A DNA stretch of 24,000 nt, from positions 21,416-45,415 of the forward strand of contig NZ_WEIO01000010.1 of NCBI RefSeq assembly GCF_009183655.1. Direction: 5' to 3'. Made by a program: the position numbers and the translations under genes. The notes below the pieces were generated by a model that ran no database searches, was not told the origin of the DNA, and was given only the letters and a program-made list of their open reading frames with translations. This document shows, one piece after another, positions 16,129-24,000 of this stretch. Position 1 is the first letter of the stretch. Each line of letters starts with the position of its first letter. The stretch comes from Bacillus aerolatus. Its GTDB lineage: Bacteria > Bacillota > Bacilli > Bacillales > Domibacillaceae.

Positions 16129-16818
16129 ATGACGGGATTCATCTTTATGTTTCTTTATTTTTTGATCGTCACTTTCGTTATTGAGATTTCAGTCATTTTA
16201 TTTAACTTAACCGGATTAGAAACAGCTGTTTCCCGTTATCAAGTCGTTTCCATGCTAACTGGAACAGGATTTACGACAGATGAATCGCAGCTGATTATTG
16301 ATCATCCGGTCCGCCGGAGACTCAGTATGTTTCTCATTTTATTCGGCGCTTTTTCTCTCGCAGTGATTATTTCTTCCATTACAAATATTTTATCAGATGA
16401 TTTAAGGATCAAGGAATTATCCATTATTAATGTTGTCCTGCTCACTATGCTTCTTATTGGAAAAACGCCATTTATTAGAAATAAGCTGAACAAAAAATTT
16501 CATTATGAGATGGAAAAGAAACTGGAACTTTCGGAACTGCCTGTTAAAGAGGCGCTTTACTTAGGGGAAGACGATCTAGTGACGGATGTATTTATCAGCG
16601 AAGAGTCTGACTTTATTGGAAGAAAAGTGACAGATCTTATTGGCAGAGATGAAGACATTAGTGTTTTGTTTATTAAGAGGGGAAAAGTGAATATCCGAAG
16701 GCAATTGGAGAAGGAGAAAATTCAGGAAGGCGACCAGTTGTTTATTTATGGTAATAAGGAGCAAATTGTGGAGAGGTTCCTTAAGAGCAAAAATGAAAAA
16801 GAAAGCTCATCACACTGA
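16129..16818 (+). CDS. Membrane protein with a C-terminal TrkA-C (RCK_C) domain, putative ion-channel/transport regulator
   Basis: GGAGGAGG RBS. Hydrophobic N-terminal helices flank a pore-loop-like LTGTGFTT. The C-terminus GRKVTDL...ISVLFIKRG...IQEGDQLFIYG is typical of TrkA-C. Confidence 0.7.
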   Translation: MTGFIFMFLYFLIVTFVIEISVILFNLTGLETAVSRYQVVSMLTGTGFTTDESQLIIDHPVRRRLSMFLILFGAFSLAVIISSITNILSDDLRIKELSIINVVLLTMLLIGKTPFIRNKLNKKFHYEMEKKLELSELPVKEALYLGEDDLVTDVFISEESDFIGRKVTDLIGRDEDISVLFIKRGKVNIRRQLEKEKIQEGDQLFIYGNKEQIVERFLKSKNEKESSSH

Positions 16819-17631
16819 GCTCTCCTGTCGATTCTTTTCCTGCAGCCTCTCCATTACACGGCGTTTCCGGTAAAGCATCATGCCGGTTTCAGCAATGTCA
16901 TGAATAGCCGAGCGATTCGTGAAAGCCCCAAACACGATGCCGGCAATTGGAACGAGCTGCATCATTTTTTTCCAGCCAAATTGATCGCGGTACGTATAAA
17001 TAACTTCCCGCCAGCCCTGCAATTGAGAAATCATCTCCCTGCTTTGTTTCCGGCTGCTATAAAAGTTGGACAAGTCATTCAATATCACTTTTTTGCCAAC
17101 CACGTCTGACGAAGAAAACTGCAGGCATTTAATAATAAAAATGCGTTCTTCTTTTTGTTTTGGGTCGTAACCGTAGGCGATGGCAATTTCCTGAAGCGTT
17201 TTTAATGACAGTCCGAGCAGCAAAGGGATGTCCACTGCAAGGGTAAACACTCCGCCCACGCCTGTTGAAGCTCCCTGTACAGTCGCCATATTCGCGCGTG
17301 ACTTTTTCAAGGTTTCACTTATAGCGTCCATTTTTTCAAGCGGGGCGGCACCGGCGTCTTGAATAGAATGAATGGCTGTTTCGGGATTTGCTTCTTGTAT
17401 TTTCTTTAATACGCTTTTTTCCTGGATTAAATATTGTCCGCCCGTCTGAATAAAGCTGCCAATTTCATCGAGCAGCTGGCCGATCTTATTTTGAATGACT
17501 TTTGGTGTAATCCGGTCAAGCAGCTTGAATGGAAGGCGGGCGATTCTTTCCCAAATCCATAGCTGTTTTTGTTCTTGTTCCCACTTTTCAATTGCCGCGA
17601 GTTCCGTTAATAAATGTTCCTTCGTTTCCAT
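16810..17631 (-). CDS. EcsC-family protein
   Basis: GASTGVGGVFTLAVDIPLLLGLSLKTLQEIAIAYGYDP and the C-terminal PIAGIVFGAFTNRSAI resemble B. subtilis EcsC (from memory). ATG 17631 is preferred over the TTG 17652 track start, which has no RBS. The 3' end overlaps the convergent gene by 9 nt. Confidence 0.7.
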   Translation of the reverse strand: METKEHLLTELAAIEKWEQEQKQLWIWERIARLPFKLLDRITPKVIQNKIGQLLDEIGSFIQTGGQYLIQEKSVLKKIQEANPETAIHSIQDAGAAPLEKMDAISETLKKSRANMATVQGASTGVGGVFTLAVDIPLLLGLSLKTLQEIAIAYGYDPKQKEERIFIIKCLQFSSSDVVGKKVILNDLSNFYSSRKQSREMISQLQGWREVIYTYRDQFGWKKMMQLVPIAGIVFGAFTNRSAIHDIAETGMMLYRKRRVMERLQEKNRQESSV

Positions 17632-17770
17632 TTCTATCCCAACCTTTTTCAAATGTTAATACATATACGCCAGCGGTCCGTATGAAGTTTCAATAAAATG
17701 GCTGATTTATATGAGAAAGAAGATTACGCGCTTTTTATCGCCTTTCTTGCATATTTTACATGCTTATGGA

Positions 17771-17812
17771 AAAAATGGCCCCTTTACCAACAGAAGAAAT
17801 TAGGTAAAGGGG
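17771..17812 (-). terminator. Rho-independent terminator of the ArsC-like gene
   Basis: A perfect 10-bp stem, CCCCTTTACC (17779-17788) / GGTAAAGGGG (17803-17812), has a U-run on the minus strand (A-run at 17771-17776). Confidence 0.7.
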
Positions 17813-17813
17813 C

Positions 17814-18233
17814 TTATTTTAATGCTTCTTTTAAGTTTCTCACATGGTCAGCTAATTCATCGCATACGATTTGATAAGCTGCCCATTTTTCCAGCGCATC
17901 TTTGCAGTGTGCCGGGTTAGTTATGTTCCAGCGGAGGACTTTCTTATTAGAAGTAAGCGGAAGATCGGGGTGCTGATCACGTTGAAAATCATAAATATTC
18001 ACAATTAGATCCGCACTCTTAATTAAGTGAGGCGCTAGCAGTTTCGGCTCCTTATTTGTGATATCTATATTGACTTCTTTCATTGCTTCTATAGGAAGGT
18101 CATCATCTTGGGCTTTCAGAAATGATGCACTAACAAAGTTTAATGAAGGCTCATTTAATCTAGAGGCCCATCCCTCCGCCATGATGCTTAAATCGTTAGA
18201 TGTAGAAAGAAGTAAGATATTTTTATTGTCCAT
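17814..18233 (-). CDS. ArsC (thioredoxin-type)/LMW-PTP-fold protein lacking all catalytic cysteines
   Basis: IMAEGWA and AMKEVNIDITNK align with B. subtilis ArsC (CTGNSCRSQMAEGWA, AMKEVGIDISN). The P-loop reads STSNDLSI instead, and the Cys82/Cys89 region reads NIYDFQRDQHP. AAAGGGG RBS. Confidence 0.75.
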   Translation of the reverse strand: MDNKNILLLSTSNDLSIMAEGWASRLNEPSLNFVSASFLKAQDDDLPIEAMKEVNIDITNKEPKLLAPHLIKSADLIVNIYDFQRDQHPDLPLTSNKKVLRWNITNPAHCKDALEKWAAYQIVCDELADHVRNLKEALK

Positions 18234-18379
18234 TATTTAAGCCCCTTTGCCGTCATTCTATTTCTTTTTTACCCTTTTTTTCAAAGAATAAGCATAAAGC
18301 CAAAAAAAATTTCCTTCGAATTTAATCCGAAAGTATCAGATCTAAAGTTTTGGGTGCAAACTGGGAGGTTCGTGAAGAT

Positions 18380-18685
18380 TTAATGATGTTTCGCATGCTC
18401 AATCGCCTGGGATAAAAGGTCAATAACATGTTCGTCGTCGTGTGAGTAAAATAAGGTCGTTCCTTCCCGGCGATATTTAACGAGCCTTAAATTTTTTAAA
18501 AAACGAAGCTGATGCGAAACGGTGGATTGGAGCAGCGATAATTTTTCAGCAATGTCGTTTACAGAGTGTTCGCCGTTAAAAAGCAGATTCAAGATTCTTA
18601 ACCGTGTCGGATCTGACAGCGCTTTAAAAGTTTGGGAAACGATAAACAAGGTTTCTTCATCCAATTCTATATGTTTCTTTTTCAT
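18380..18685 (-). CDS. ArsR/SmtB-family metalloregulator (CzrA-like alpha5 site)
   Basis: The wHTH is [13 protein letters not shown]...[25 protein letters not shown], and the C-terminus carries DDEHV...IEHAKHH ligand candidates. ATG 18685 has GGAGG upstream (track start 18748). Confidence 0.85.
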   Translation of the reverse strand: MKKKHIELDEETLFIVSQTFKALSDPTRLRILNLLFNGEHSVNDIAEKLSLLQSTVSHQLRFLKNLRLVKYRREGTTLFYSHDDEHVIDLLSQAIEHAKHH

Positions 18686-18883
18686 TGCAGTTTCCTCCAG
18701 ATAGATTCTTGTTAAGTTATCGTACCAAAAAAGTGAAAGGGCTGCCATGCAGTAAAGAAAAGGTAAATATGTTTGGGTAGTTGGAAAAAGCGGTAAACTT
18801 AACTATATTTTTGTAATTCTTGTTTTTGTCAGTTATGATAGAAATTGTGTCTAATTAATGAACTAGGGAAAGGGGAACGGTTA

Positions 18884-20119
18884 ATGAAACTTACTGGCCG
18901 AATTATCATCGCTTTAATTGCTGGTGCTATAGTAGGGCTGCTGCTCAATATATTTGCACCAAACGTCTATAATGTATTAGATCCTTATCTTTTTACCCCG
19001 CTAGGCCGAATTTTTCTTAACCTTATCAGTATGCTTGTCGTACCAATCGTATTTCTTTCCATCATTTTAGGAGCAGCCGGTTTAGGTGATCCTAAGAAAC
19101 TTGGCCGAATCGGATTGAAAACGATTACTTATTTTTTGATCACTACAAGTATTGCCATTATTATTGGTTTAATCGTCGCCGGAGTCGTTCAACCGGGAGA
19201 AGCCGGAAACTTTGATGTCGAAAGTGCAGAATTCTCCGCTGAAAAAGCTCCTCCTGTAGGAGAAACTTTGCTCAATATCATTCCAAAAAATCCGCTTGAT
19301 GCAATGACTCAAGGCAACATGCTCCAAATTATTGCTTTCGCTCTCTTTATTGGACTCGCATTAACTGCACTCGGTGAAAAAACAAAAGGCGTCTTAAACT
19401 TAGTAGAACAAGGTAATGACATTATGATGTACCTTGTCGGAGTCGTTATGAAGTTTGCCCCGTACGGCACATTTGGATTAATTGCTTCAGCTATTGGAAG
19501 CCAGGGCTGGTCTGCTATTAAAGCGATGGGCATTTATATGATTTGTGTTCTTGCTGCATTGATTATTCACGGGCTGTTAACTTATGGGGGCACGATTTTG
19601 CTGCTTGCTAGAAAAAGCCCAGTCTGGTTCTTTAAAAACTTTGCGCCTGCAATGAGTGTAGCTTTTAGTACGTCAAGCAGTAACGCGACACTGCCGATTT
19701 CCATGGAAGTGGCGCAAACACGTTTGAATGTACCAAAGTCAATCAGCTCATTCGTCCAGCCTCTCGGCGCAACGATTAACATGGACGGAACTGCAATCAT
19801 GCAAGGGGTTGCTACTCTTTTTATCGCTCAAGTTTATGGAATTGACTTATCCCTCGGTGAACTTGCAACTGTAGTATTAACAGCGGTATTGGCAAGTATC
19901 GGAACAGCCGGCGTACCCGGAGTAGGGCTGATTATGCTGGCGATGGTATTGAGCAGCGTCGGTCTTCCGGTAGAAGGAATTGGTTTGATCCTCGGAATCG
20001 ACCGTGTGCTTGATATGGCACGAACAGCTGTCAACATTTCCGGTGACGCTGCTTGTGCGGTCTATGTCGCTGAAACAGAAAAGAAAAAAACAATTAAAGC
20101 ACAGCGTTCAGGCGCTTAA
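18884..20119 (+). CDS. Dicarboxylate/amino acid:cation symporter (DAACS family, GltP/GltT-like)
   Basis: Polytopic membrane protein with SSSNATLP and the NMDGTA family motifs. ATG 18884 follows AAAGGGGA (track start 18845). Confidence 0.88.
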   Translation: MKLTGRIIIALIAGAIVGLLLNIFAPNVYNVLDPYLFTPLGRIFLNLISMLVVPIVFLSIILGAAGLGDPKKLGRIGLKTITYFLITTSIAIIIGLIVAGVVQPGEAGNFDVESAEFSAEKAPPVGETLLNIIPKNPLDAMTQGNMLQIIAFALFIGLALTALGEKTKGVLNLVEQGNDIMMYLVGVVMKFAPYGTFGLIASAIGSQGWSAIKAMGIYMICVLAALIIHGLLTYGGTILLLARKSPVWFFKNFAPAMSVAFSTSSSNATLPISMEVAQTRLNVPKSISSFVQPLGATINMDGTAIMQGVATLFIAQVYGIDLSLGELATVVLTAVLASIGTAGVPGVGLIMLAMVLSSVGLPVEGIGLILGIDRVLDMARTAVNISGDAACAVYVAETEKKKTIKAQRSGA

Positions 20120-20127
20120 ATCAGCGA

Positions 20128-20170
20128 CAGCAAGTGTGGCAAAAAAAGCACACTTGCTGCTTTCTTATTT
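20128..20170 (+). terminator. Rho-independent terminator after the symporter
   Basis: A perfect 11-bp stem, CAGCAAGTGTG / CACACTTGCTG, is followed by a T-rich tract. Confidence 0.8.
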
Positions 20171-20239
20171 TCATTTTAATTATTTTTATATATAATAAGG
20201 CAATCAACAGCTTATAAAAGCAAAAGGAGATAATCGCAT

Positions 20240-20413
20240 ATGAATCTCGGCTTTGGAGAAGTGGCAATTATTCTTATTGTAGCACTATTGCTTTTTGGCC
20301 CTTCCAAGCTTCCGCAGCTCGGCAAAGCAGCCGGACAGACACTTCATGAGTTTAAACGTGGCATGAAAGGCGTAATGGAAGAGGAAGAAGAGAAAAAACC
20401 GAAGACACACTAA
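20240..20413 (+). CDS. tatA: Twin-arginine translocase TatA/E-family protein (57 aa)
   Basis: Not in the ORF track (under 60 aa). AAGGAG lies 9 nt upstream of the ATG. MNLGFGEVAIILIVALLLFGPSKLPQLGKAAGQTLHEFKRGMK carries the TatA signature (FG.....LP.LG...G..h..FK). A terminator follows. Confidence 0.88.
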   Translation: MNLGFGEVAIILIVALLLFGPSKLPQLGKAAGQTLHEFKRGMKGVMEEEEEKKPKTH

Positions 20414-20428
20414 TTTCATTAAATCGAA

Positions 20429-20461
20429 GGGCTGCCGGTTAATAACCGCCAGCCTTTTTTA
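20429..20461 (+). terminator. Rho-independent terminator after tatA
   Basis: GGCTGCCGG / CCGCCAGCC (one mismatch) followed by TTTTTT. Confidence 0.7.
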
Positions 20462-20503
20462 TGTGCAGATGTACTACAACAGATAAGGAGAAATCGGTGA
20501 AAA

Positions 20504-20532
20504 TTGGCGATTTAAGGCGAATAAGTTATAAT
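20504..20532 (+). promoter_or_regulatory. Candidate sigmaA promoter of the PBP gene
   Basis: TTGGCG (20504-20509), a 17-nt spacer and a perfect TATAAT (20527-20532) would give a ~165-nt leader. Confidence 0.45.
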
Positions 20533-20702
20533 GAAATTCTTATTGTGTGCAGCTAAGTGTCCGAAGCAAAATAAACGGCGCCGGCGAAACGCAATTTGGT
20601 TGAAATCTTAGCCGCTGAGCTGTCCCAAAAGCAAAGAGCCGAGCAACTATGGGACAGCCTGTAGATTGAATTGGGCTTATTCAGGAGGAACAAAAGAAAA
20701 GT

Positions 20703-22649
20703 ATGAATGCAATTACCAAGTTTATGAAAAGTTTGTGGAGAAAGTTTCACCTTACACAAATTATGGTCTTAGCCGTGTCCGTCATTGTTTTAGCCGGACT
20801 CGGGTTTATAGTCTTTTTTATGAAATCAGCAGATGTCGAAACGTTAAAGCGCGGACTGTCTCAATCAACTGTTCTTTATGATGCAAATGGCGATAAGGCG
20901 AGTAAGCTGTCGGCGAACCGTTCGGACAGCGTACCGATCGGGAAAATGCCTGAGCACTTGCAAGAAGCCGTCATCTCAATTGAAGACCACCGCTTTTATG
21001 AACATAACGGTTTTGACTTAAAAGGAATAGGGCGGGCGTTTTTTAAAAACACTTTTACGAGTAGCGTGCAGGGCGGGAGCACCATTACCCAGCAACTGAC
21101 GAAAAATGCTTTGCTCTCACCTGAACAAACGTATAAAAGAAAAGTGGAAGAACTTTTTCTAGCGATTGAAATTGAAAAGGTTTATAAGAAAAAAGAGATT
21201 TTGGAAATGTATTTAAATACGATTTATTTTGGCAGCGGTTCGTGGGGAGTTCAAAATGCCTCGAAAAAATATTTCGGAAAGAGTGCAAGTGAACTGACCC
21301 TCAGTGAATCGGCGATGCTTGCTGGAATTATTAAAGCGCCATCTGTACTTGATCCGTATAAAAATTTGGAAAAAGCCACCGCGCGCAGAAATTTAGTACT
21401 CGATCAAATGGCGAAGTACGGCTATATTACGAGCGAAGAAGCAGAGAATGCTAAGAACAAACAAACTGTTCTCGATGATACGAGCGGCGACCCATTAAAA
21501 GGAAAATATCCTTATTACGCTGATGCGGTCATAAACGAAGCGATTAATCGTTTCGGGCTGACGCAAAATGACCTGTTAACGAAAGGTTACGAAATCTATA
21601 CAGCAATGGATCAGGGCGTGCAAGCAGGATTGGAAGATGTATATGAAAAAGACTGGCTGTTCCCGGATTCTGTGAACGGGGATCCATCTCAAAGCGCCGC
21701 TGTTTTAGTGAATCCGAAAACAGGCGGAGTAATGGCCGTTGTCGGCAAGAGGGGAGAGCATGTGTTTAGAGGATTTAATTACGCGACACAGTCGAAAATA
21801 GAGCCGGGCTCCACGTTAAAGCCGCTCGTCGTCTACACGCCGGCTTTGGAAGAAGGCTATACGCCCGATTCTATGCTGAAAGATGAACCTCAAGACTTTG
21901 GCGGCTACACGCCAGAAAATTATGGGGGAACTTACCGGGGGGAAGTAACGATGAACAAGGCGCTGGAAAAGTCGCTTAATCTGCCAGCAGTTTGGCTGTT
22001 AAATGAAATTGGCATCTCCAAAGGCCTGGATGCTTTAGAGAGATTTGGCATTCCGGCCGAAAAAGTAGATAGGGAACTGGGCATTGCTCTTGGCGGGGGC
22101 ATGGTCGTGTCACCTCTGCAGCTCGCCCAGGCGTATACGACTTTCCCAAATAGCGGTGTGCGCAAAGACAGCTTCTTCATCCAAAAGATTATCGGTCCGG
22201 AAGGTGAAGTTAAACCGAAATGGACACCTGAAGAAACGCAAGTTACGACGAAAGAAGTGTCAAATGAAATTAACGCGATGCTGTTAAATGTAGTGAAGCA
22301 CGGAAGCGGCAAGAAAGCAAAAGTTTCAGGCGTGGAACTCGCAGGGAAAACCGGCTCCACTCAAGTTCCTGCAGGAGGAAGCGGTACGAAAGATCAGTGG
22401 TTTGTCGGCTACACGCCTGATGTCGTCGGTACGGTATGGATTGGAGTAGAAAATGCAGACCAAGAAAACCATCTCGCCAAAAACAGTTCGGATGGAGCCG
22501 TTCCGTTATTTAAAGAAATTATGCAAGAAATTATGCCAGAGCTGGAAGGTACTTCTTTCGATGTAGAATCTATTGAAGAAGAAAAGAAAAAAGAAGAAGA
22601 AAAAGACTGGTTTGACAAAGCCGTTGATAAATGGAATGAACTATTTTAA
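20703..22649 (+). CDS. Class A penicillin-binding protein (glycosyltransferase GT51 plus transpeptidase)
   Basis: GT51 motifs are EDHRFYEHNG, GGSTITQQ and RKVEE. Transpeptidase motifs are STLK, SLN and KTGST. There is an N-terminal membrane anchor and an AGGAGG RBS. Confidence 0.92.
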   Translation: MNAITKFMKSLWRKFHLTQIMVLAVSVIVLAGLGFIVFFMKSADVETLKRGLSQSTVLYDANGDKASKLSANRSDSVPIGKMPEHLQEAVISIEDHRFYEHNGFDLKGIGRAFFKNTFTSSVQGGSTITQQLTKNALLSPEQTYKRKVEELFLAIEIEKVYKKKEILEMYLNTIYFGSGSWGVQNASKKYFGKSASELTLSESAMLAGIIKAPSVLDPYKNLEKATARRNLVLDQMAKYGYITSEEAENAKNKQTVLDDTSGDPLKGKYPYYADAVINEAINRFGLTQNDLLTKGYEIYTAMDQGVQAGLEDVYEKDWLFPDSVNGDPSQSAAVLVNPKTGGVMAVVGKRGEHVFRGFNYATQSKIEPGSTLKPLVVYTPALEEGYTPDSMLKDEPQDFGGYTPENYGGTYRGEVTMNKALEKSLNLPAVWLLNEIGISKGLDALERFGIPAEKVDRELGIALGGGMVVSPLQLAQAYTTFPNSGVRKDSFFIQKIIGPEGEVKPKWTPEETQVTTKEVSNEINAMLLNVVKHGSGKKAKVSGVELAGKTGSTQVPAGGSGTKDQWFVGYTPDVVGTVWIGVENADQENHLAKNSSDGAVPLFKEIMQEIMPELEGTSFDVESIEEEKKKEEEKDWFDKAVDKWNELF

Positions 22650-22675
22650 AGCGCCCTCTGCAGGCGCTTTTTTCT
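22648..22675 (+). terminator. Rho-independent terminator after the PBP gene
   Basis: AAAGCGCC / GGCGCTTT stem followed by a T-run. Confidence 0.75.
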
Positions 22676-22858
22676 TTAGAAAGATAAGACAGACAGAATG
22701 GTGCACAATCAGGATGAAAAAGCAATAAAAAAATATTCGAATTTTTTACGAATTTCTATAAAAAAATTAAAACCACATATATCAACCTTGTAAGCGATTG
22801 CATTTTATCTAGGTTAAAAGCCAATAATTTTAATTGTCTAAAGATTTGCCAAAAGGTG

Positions 22859-22887
22859 TTGACCTGGACAGAAAAGCAGGATATGAT
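22859..22887 (+). promoter_or_regulatory. Candidate sigmaA promoter of ilvD
   Basis: TTGACC (22859-22864), a 17-nt spacer and TATGAT (22882-22887), ~140 nt upstream of the ilvD ATG. Confidence 0.55.
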
Positions 22888-23028
22888 TGTCCTCAATATA
22901 AACTTAATTTTCAGATTTGACCGATAAAAACTTAAAATTAACTTAAGAGTGTGAGGCTAATTTAACAGCGGGAAATCACATTCAGCAAGAACATCACATG
23001 TAGCCTGAAGACACCTGGAGGAGATACT

Positions 23029-24000
23029 ATGCGCAGCGACATGATAAAAAAGGGAATCGATCGTGCTCCCCACCGCAGTCTGCTTTATGCGACAGGAGTA
23101 AAAACAGAAGATTTGCATAAACCTTTTATCGGGGTTTGCAATTCTTATATTGATATTATCCCGGGTCACGTCCACTTAAACAAATTTGCCGAAGTCGTCA
23201 AAGAAGCGATTCGCGAAGCGGGAGGCGTGCCTTTCGAATTTAATACGATCGGGGTAGATGACGGCATCGCAATGGGCCATATCGGCATGAGATATTCACT
23301 GCCGAGCAGGGAGCTGATCGCCGATGCGGCGGAAACAGTCATTAACGCCCACTGGTTTGATGGAGTATTCTACATTCCTAACTGTGACAAAATCACTCCC
23401 GGCATGTTAATGGCAGCTGCCAGAACAAATGTCCCTTCTGTTTTCGTTTCCGGAGGTCCGATGGAAGGCGGCAAAACAGAAGCCGGAAAGCCGCTTTCAC
23501 TCGTTTCCGTTTTTGAAGGAGTAGGAGCTCACCTTTCAGGAAAGATGTCCGCGGAAGAACTTCTTGAAATTGAATCTAGCGCTTGCCCGACATGCGGATC
23601 GTGTTCAGGAATGTTTACAGCCAACTCGATGAATTCCTTGATGGAAATTCTCGGAGTAACTCCACCGGGCAACGCAACGATCGTAGCCACGTCAAATGAG
23701 CGTCACCGGTTAATTAAGCAGGCGGCTCAGCATTTAATGGACTTAGTCAAAAATGATGTGAAGCCGAGAGACATCATTACAAAAGAGGCCATCGACGATG
23801 CGTTTGCGCTCGATATGGCAATGGGCGGCTCCACGAATACCGTTCTTCATACACTCGCCATCGCGAATGAAGCGGAAATTGATTATGATTTAAGCCGAAT
23901 CAATGACATCGCTAAACGGGTGCCGTACTTATCAAAAATTAGCCCGGCCTCTGATTACACGATGCAAGACGTTCATGAAGCAGGCGGGATCAGCGCCATT
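23029..24000 (+). CDS. ilvD: Dihydroxy-acid dehydratase, 5' 324 codons (continues beyond the window)
   Basis: Manual translation from ATG 23029 (GGAGGAG RBS) gives [50 protein letters not shown]...[21 protein letters not shown]...[15 protein letters not shown]..., nearly colinear with B. subtilis IlvD. It is absent from the track because no stop lies in the window. Confidence 0.93.
   Translation, partial: MRSDMIKKGIDRAPHRSLLYATGVKTEDLHKPFIGVCNSYIDIIPGHVHLNKFAEVVKEAIREAGGVPFEFNTIGVDDGIAMGHIGMRYSLPSRELIADAAETVINAHWFDGVFYIPNCDKITPGMLMAAARTNVPSVFVSGGPMEGGKTEAGKPLSLVSVFEGVGAHLSGKMSAEELLEIESSACPTCGSCSGMFTANSMNSLMEILGVTPPGNATIVATSNERHRLIKQAAQHLMDLVKNDVKPRDIITKEAIDDAFALDMAMGGSTNTVLHTLAIANEAEIDYDLSRINDIAKRVPYLSKISPASDYTMQDVHEAGGISAI

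Noticed and set aside
15275-16142. Minus-strand ORFs 15275-15505, 15506-15691 and 15942-16142
   Set aside because: They are antisense to the well-conserved spoVR segment or cross its terminator, and they have no RBS.
20004-20195. 63-aa + strand ORF crossing the symporter stop and terminator
   Set aside because: It is in an alternative frame at the symporter 3' end and runs through a strong terminator hairpin.
20553-20881. ORFs 20553-20759 (-) and 20666-20881 (+)
   Set aside because: They overlap the PBP leader and start in other frames, have no RBS and show no motifs.
1765-22618. Many 60-145-aa ORFs antisense to or nested within long genes. Examples: 1765-2202, 2980-3183, 5606-6024, 6445-6672, 9901-10083, 13320-13601, 13787-14096, 14504-14710, 16302-16764, 16900-17109, 18058-18240, 18522-18704, 19309-20037, 21085-21288, 21932-22360, 22084-22287, 22409-22618.
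   Set aside because: These are shadow ORFs inside genes with clear family motifs on the other strand or frame. They have no RBS and biased, low-complexity composition.
22957-23175. 72-aa minus-strand ORF
   Set aside because: It is antisense to the ilvD start region. ilvD is unambiguous on the + strand.

Overview
The window has two different parts. Positions 1 to about 15,390 are the right-hand 15 kb or more of a visibly AT-rich integrated mobile element that runs off the left edge. Positions from about 15,391 to 24,000 are ordinary, GC-richer Bacillaceae core chromosome: the 3' part of spoVR, a TrkA-C membrane protein, an EcsC-family protein, an ArsC-like/ArsR-like pair, a DAACS symporter, tatA (missed by the ORF track), a class A PBP and the first 324 codons of ilvD (also missing from the track). 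The element interrupts the mother-cell sporulation gene spoVR; only its last ~209 codons are present, and they directly abut the element. Element content from left to right: an HTH/coiled-coil protein; an operon of a large serine recombinase (LSR), an overlapping micro-ORF and a RecJ-like DHH exonuclease; an Xre repressor divergent from a 49-codon ORF plus two overlapping tandem LSRs; and a ~690-nt non-coding region with TCTCGGTTTT iterons and a 50-bp dyad. A defence-type cargo block follows: an unassigned P-loop ATPase with a C-terminal zinc ribbon, a PLD-family (NgoFVII/BfiI-like) restriction endonuclease with a C5-cytosine methyltransferase and Vsr, and a SEFIR/TIR-like protein at the extreme edge. 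The best candidates for something undescribed are (i) the split spoVR carrying a multi-recombinase element loaded with defence genes, (ii) the orphan ATPase next to the iteron/dyad region, and (iii) the SEFIR/TIR protein with an unassigned C-terminal domain. No rRNA, tRNA or CRISPR array was seen. All family assignments come from motifs read by eye and from memory of reference proteins; no searches were run.
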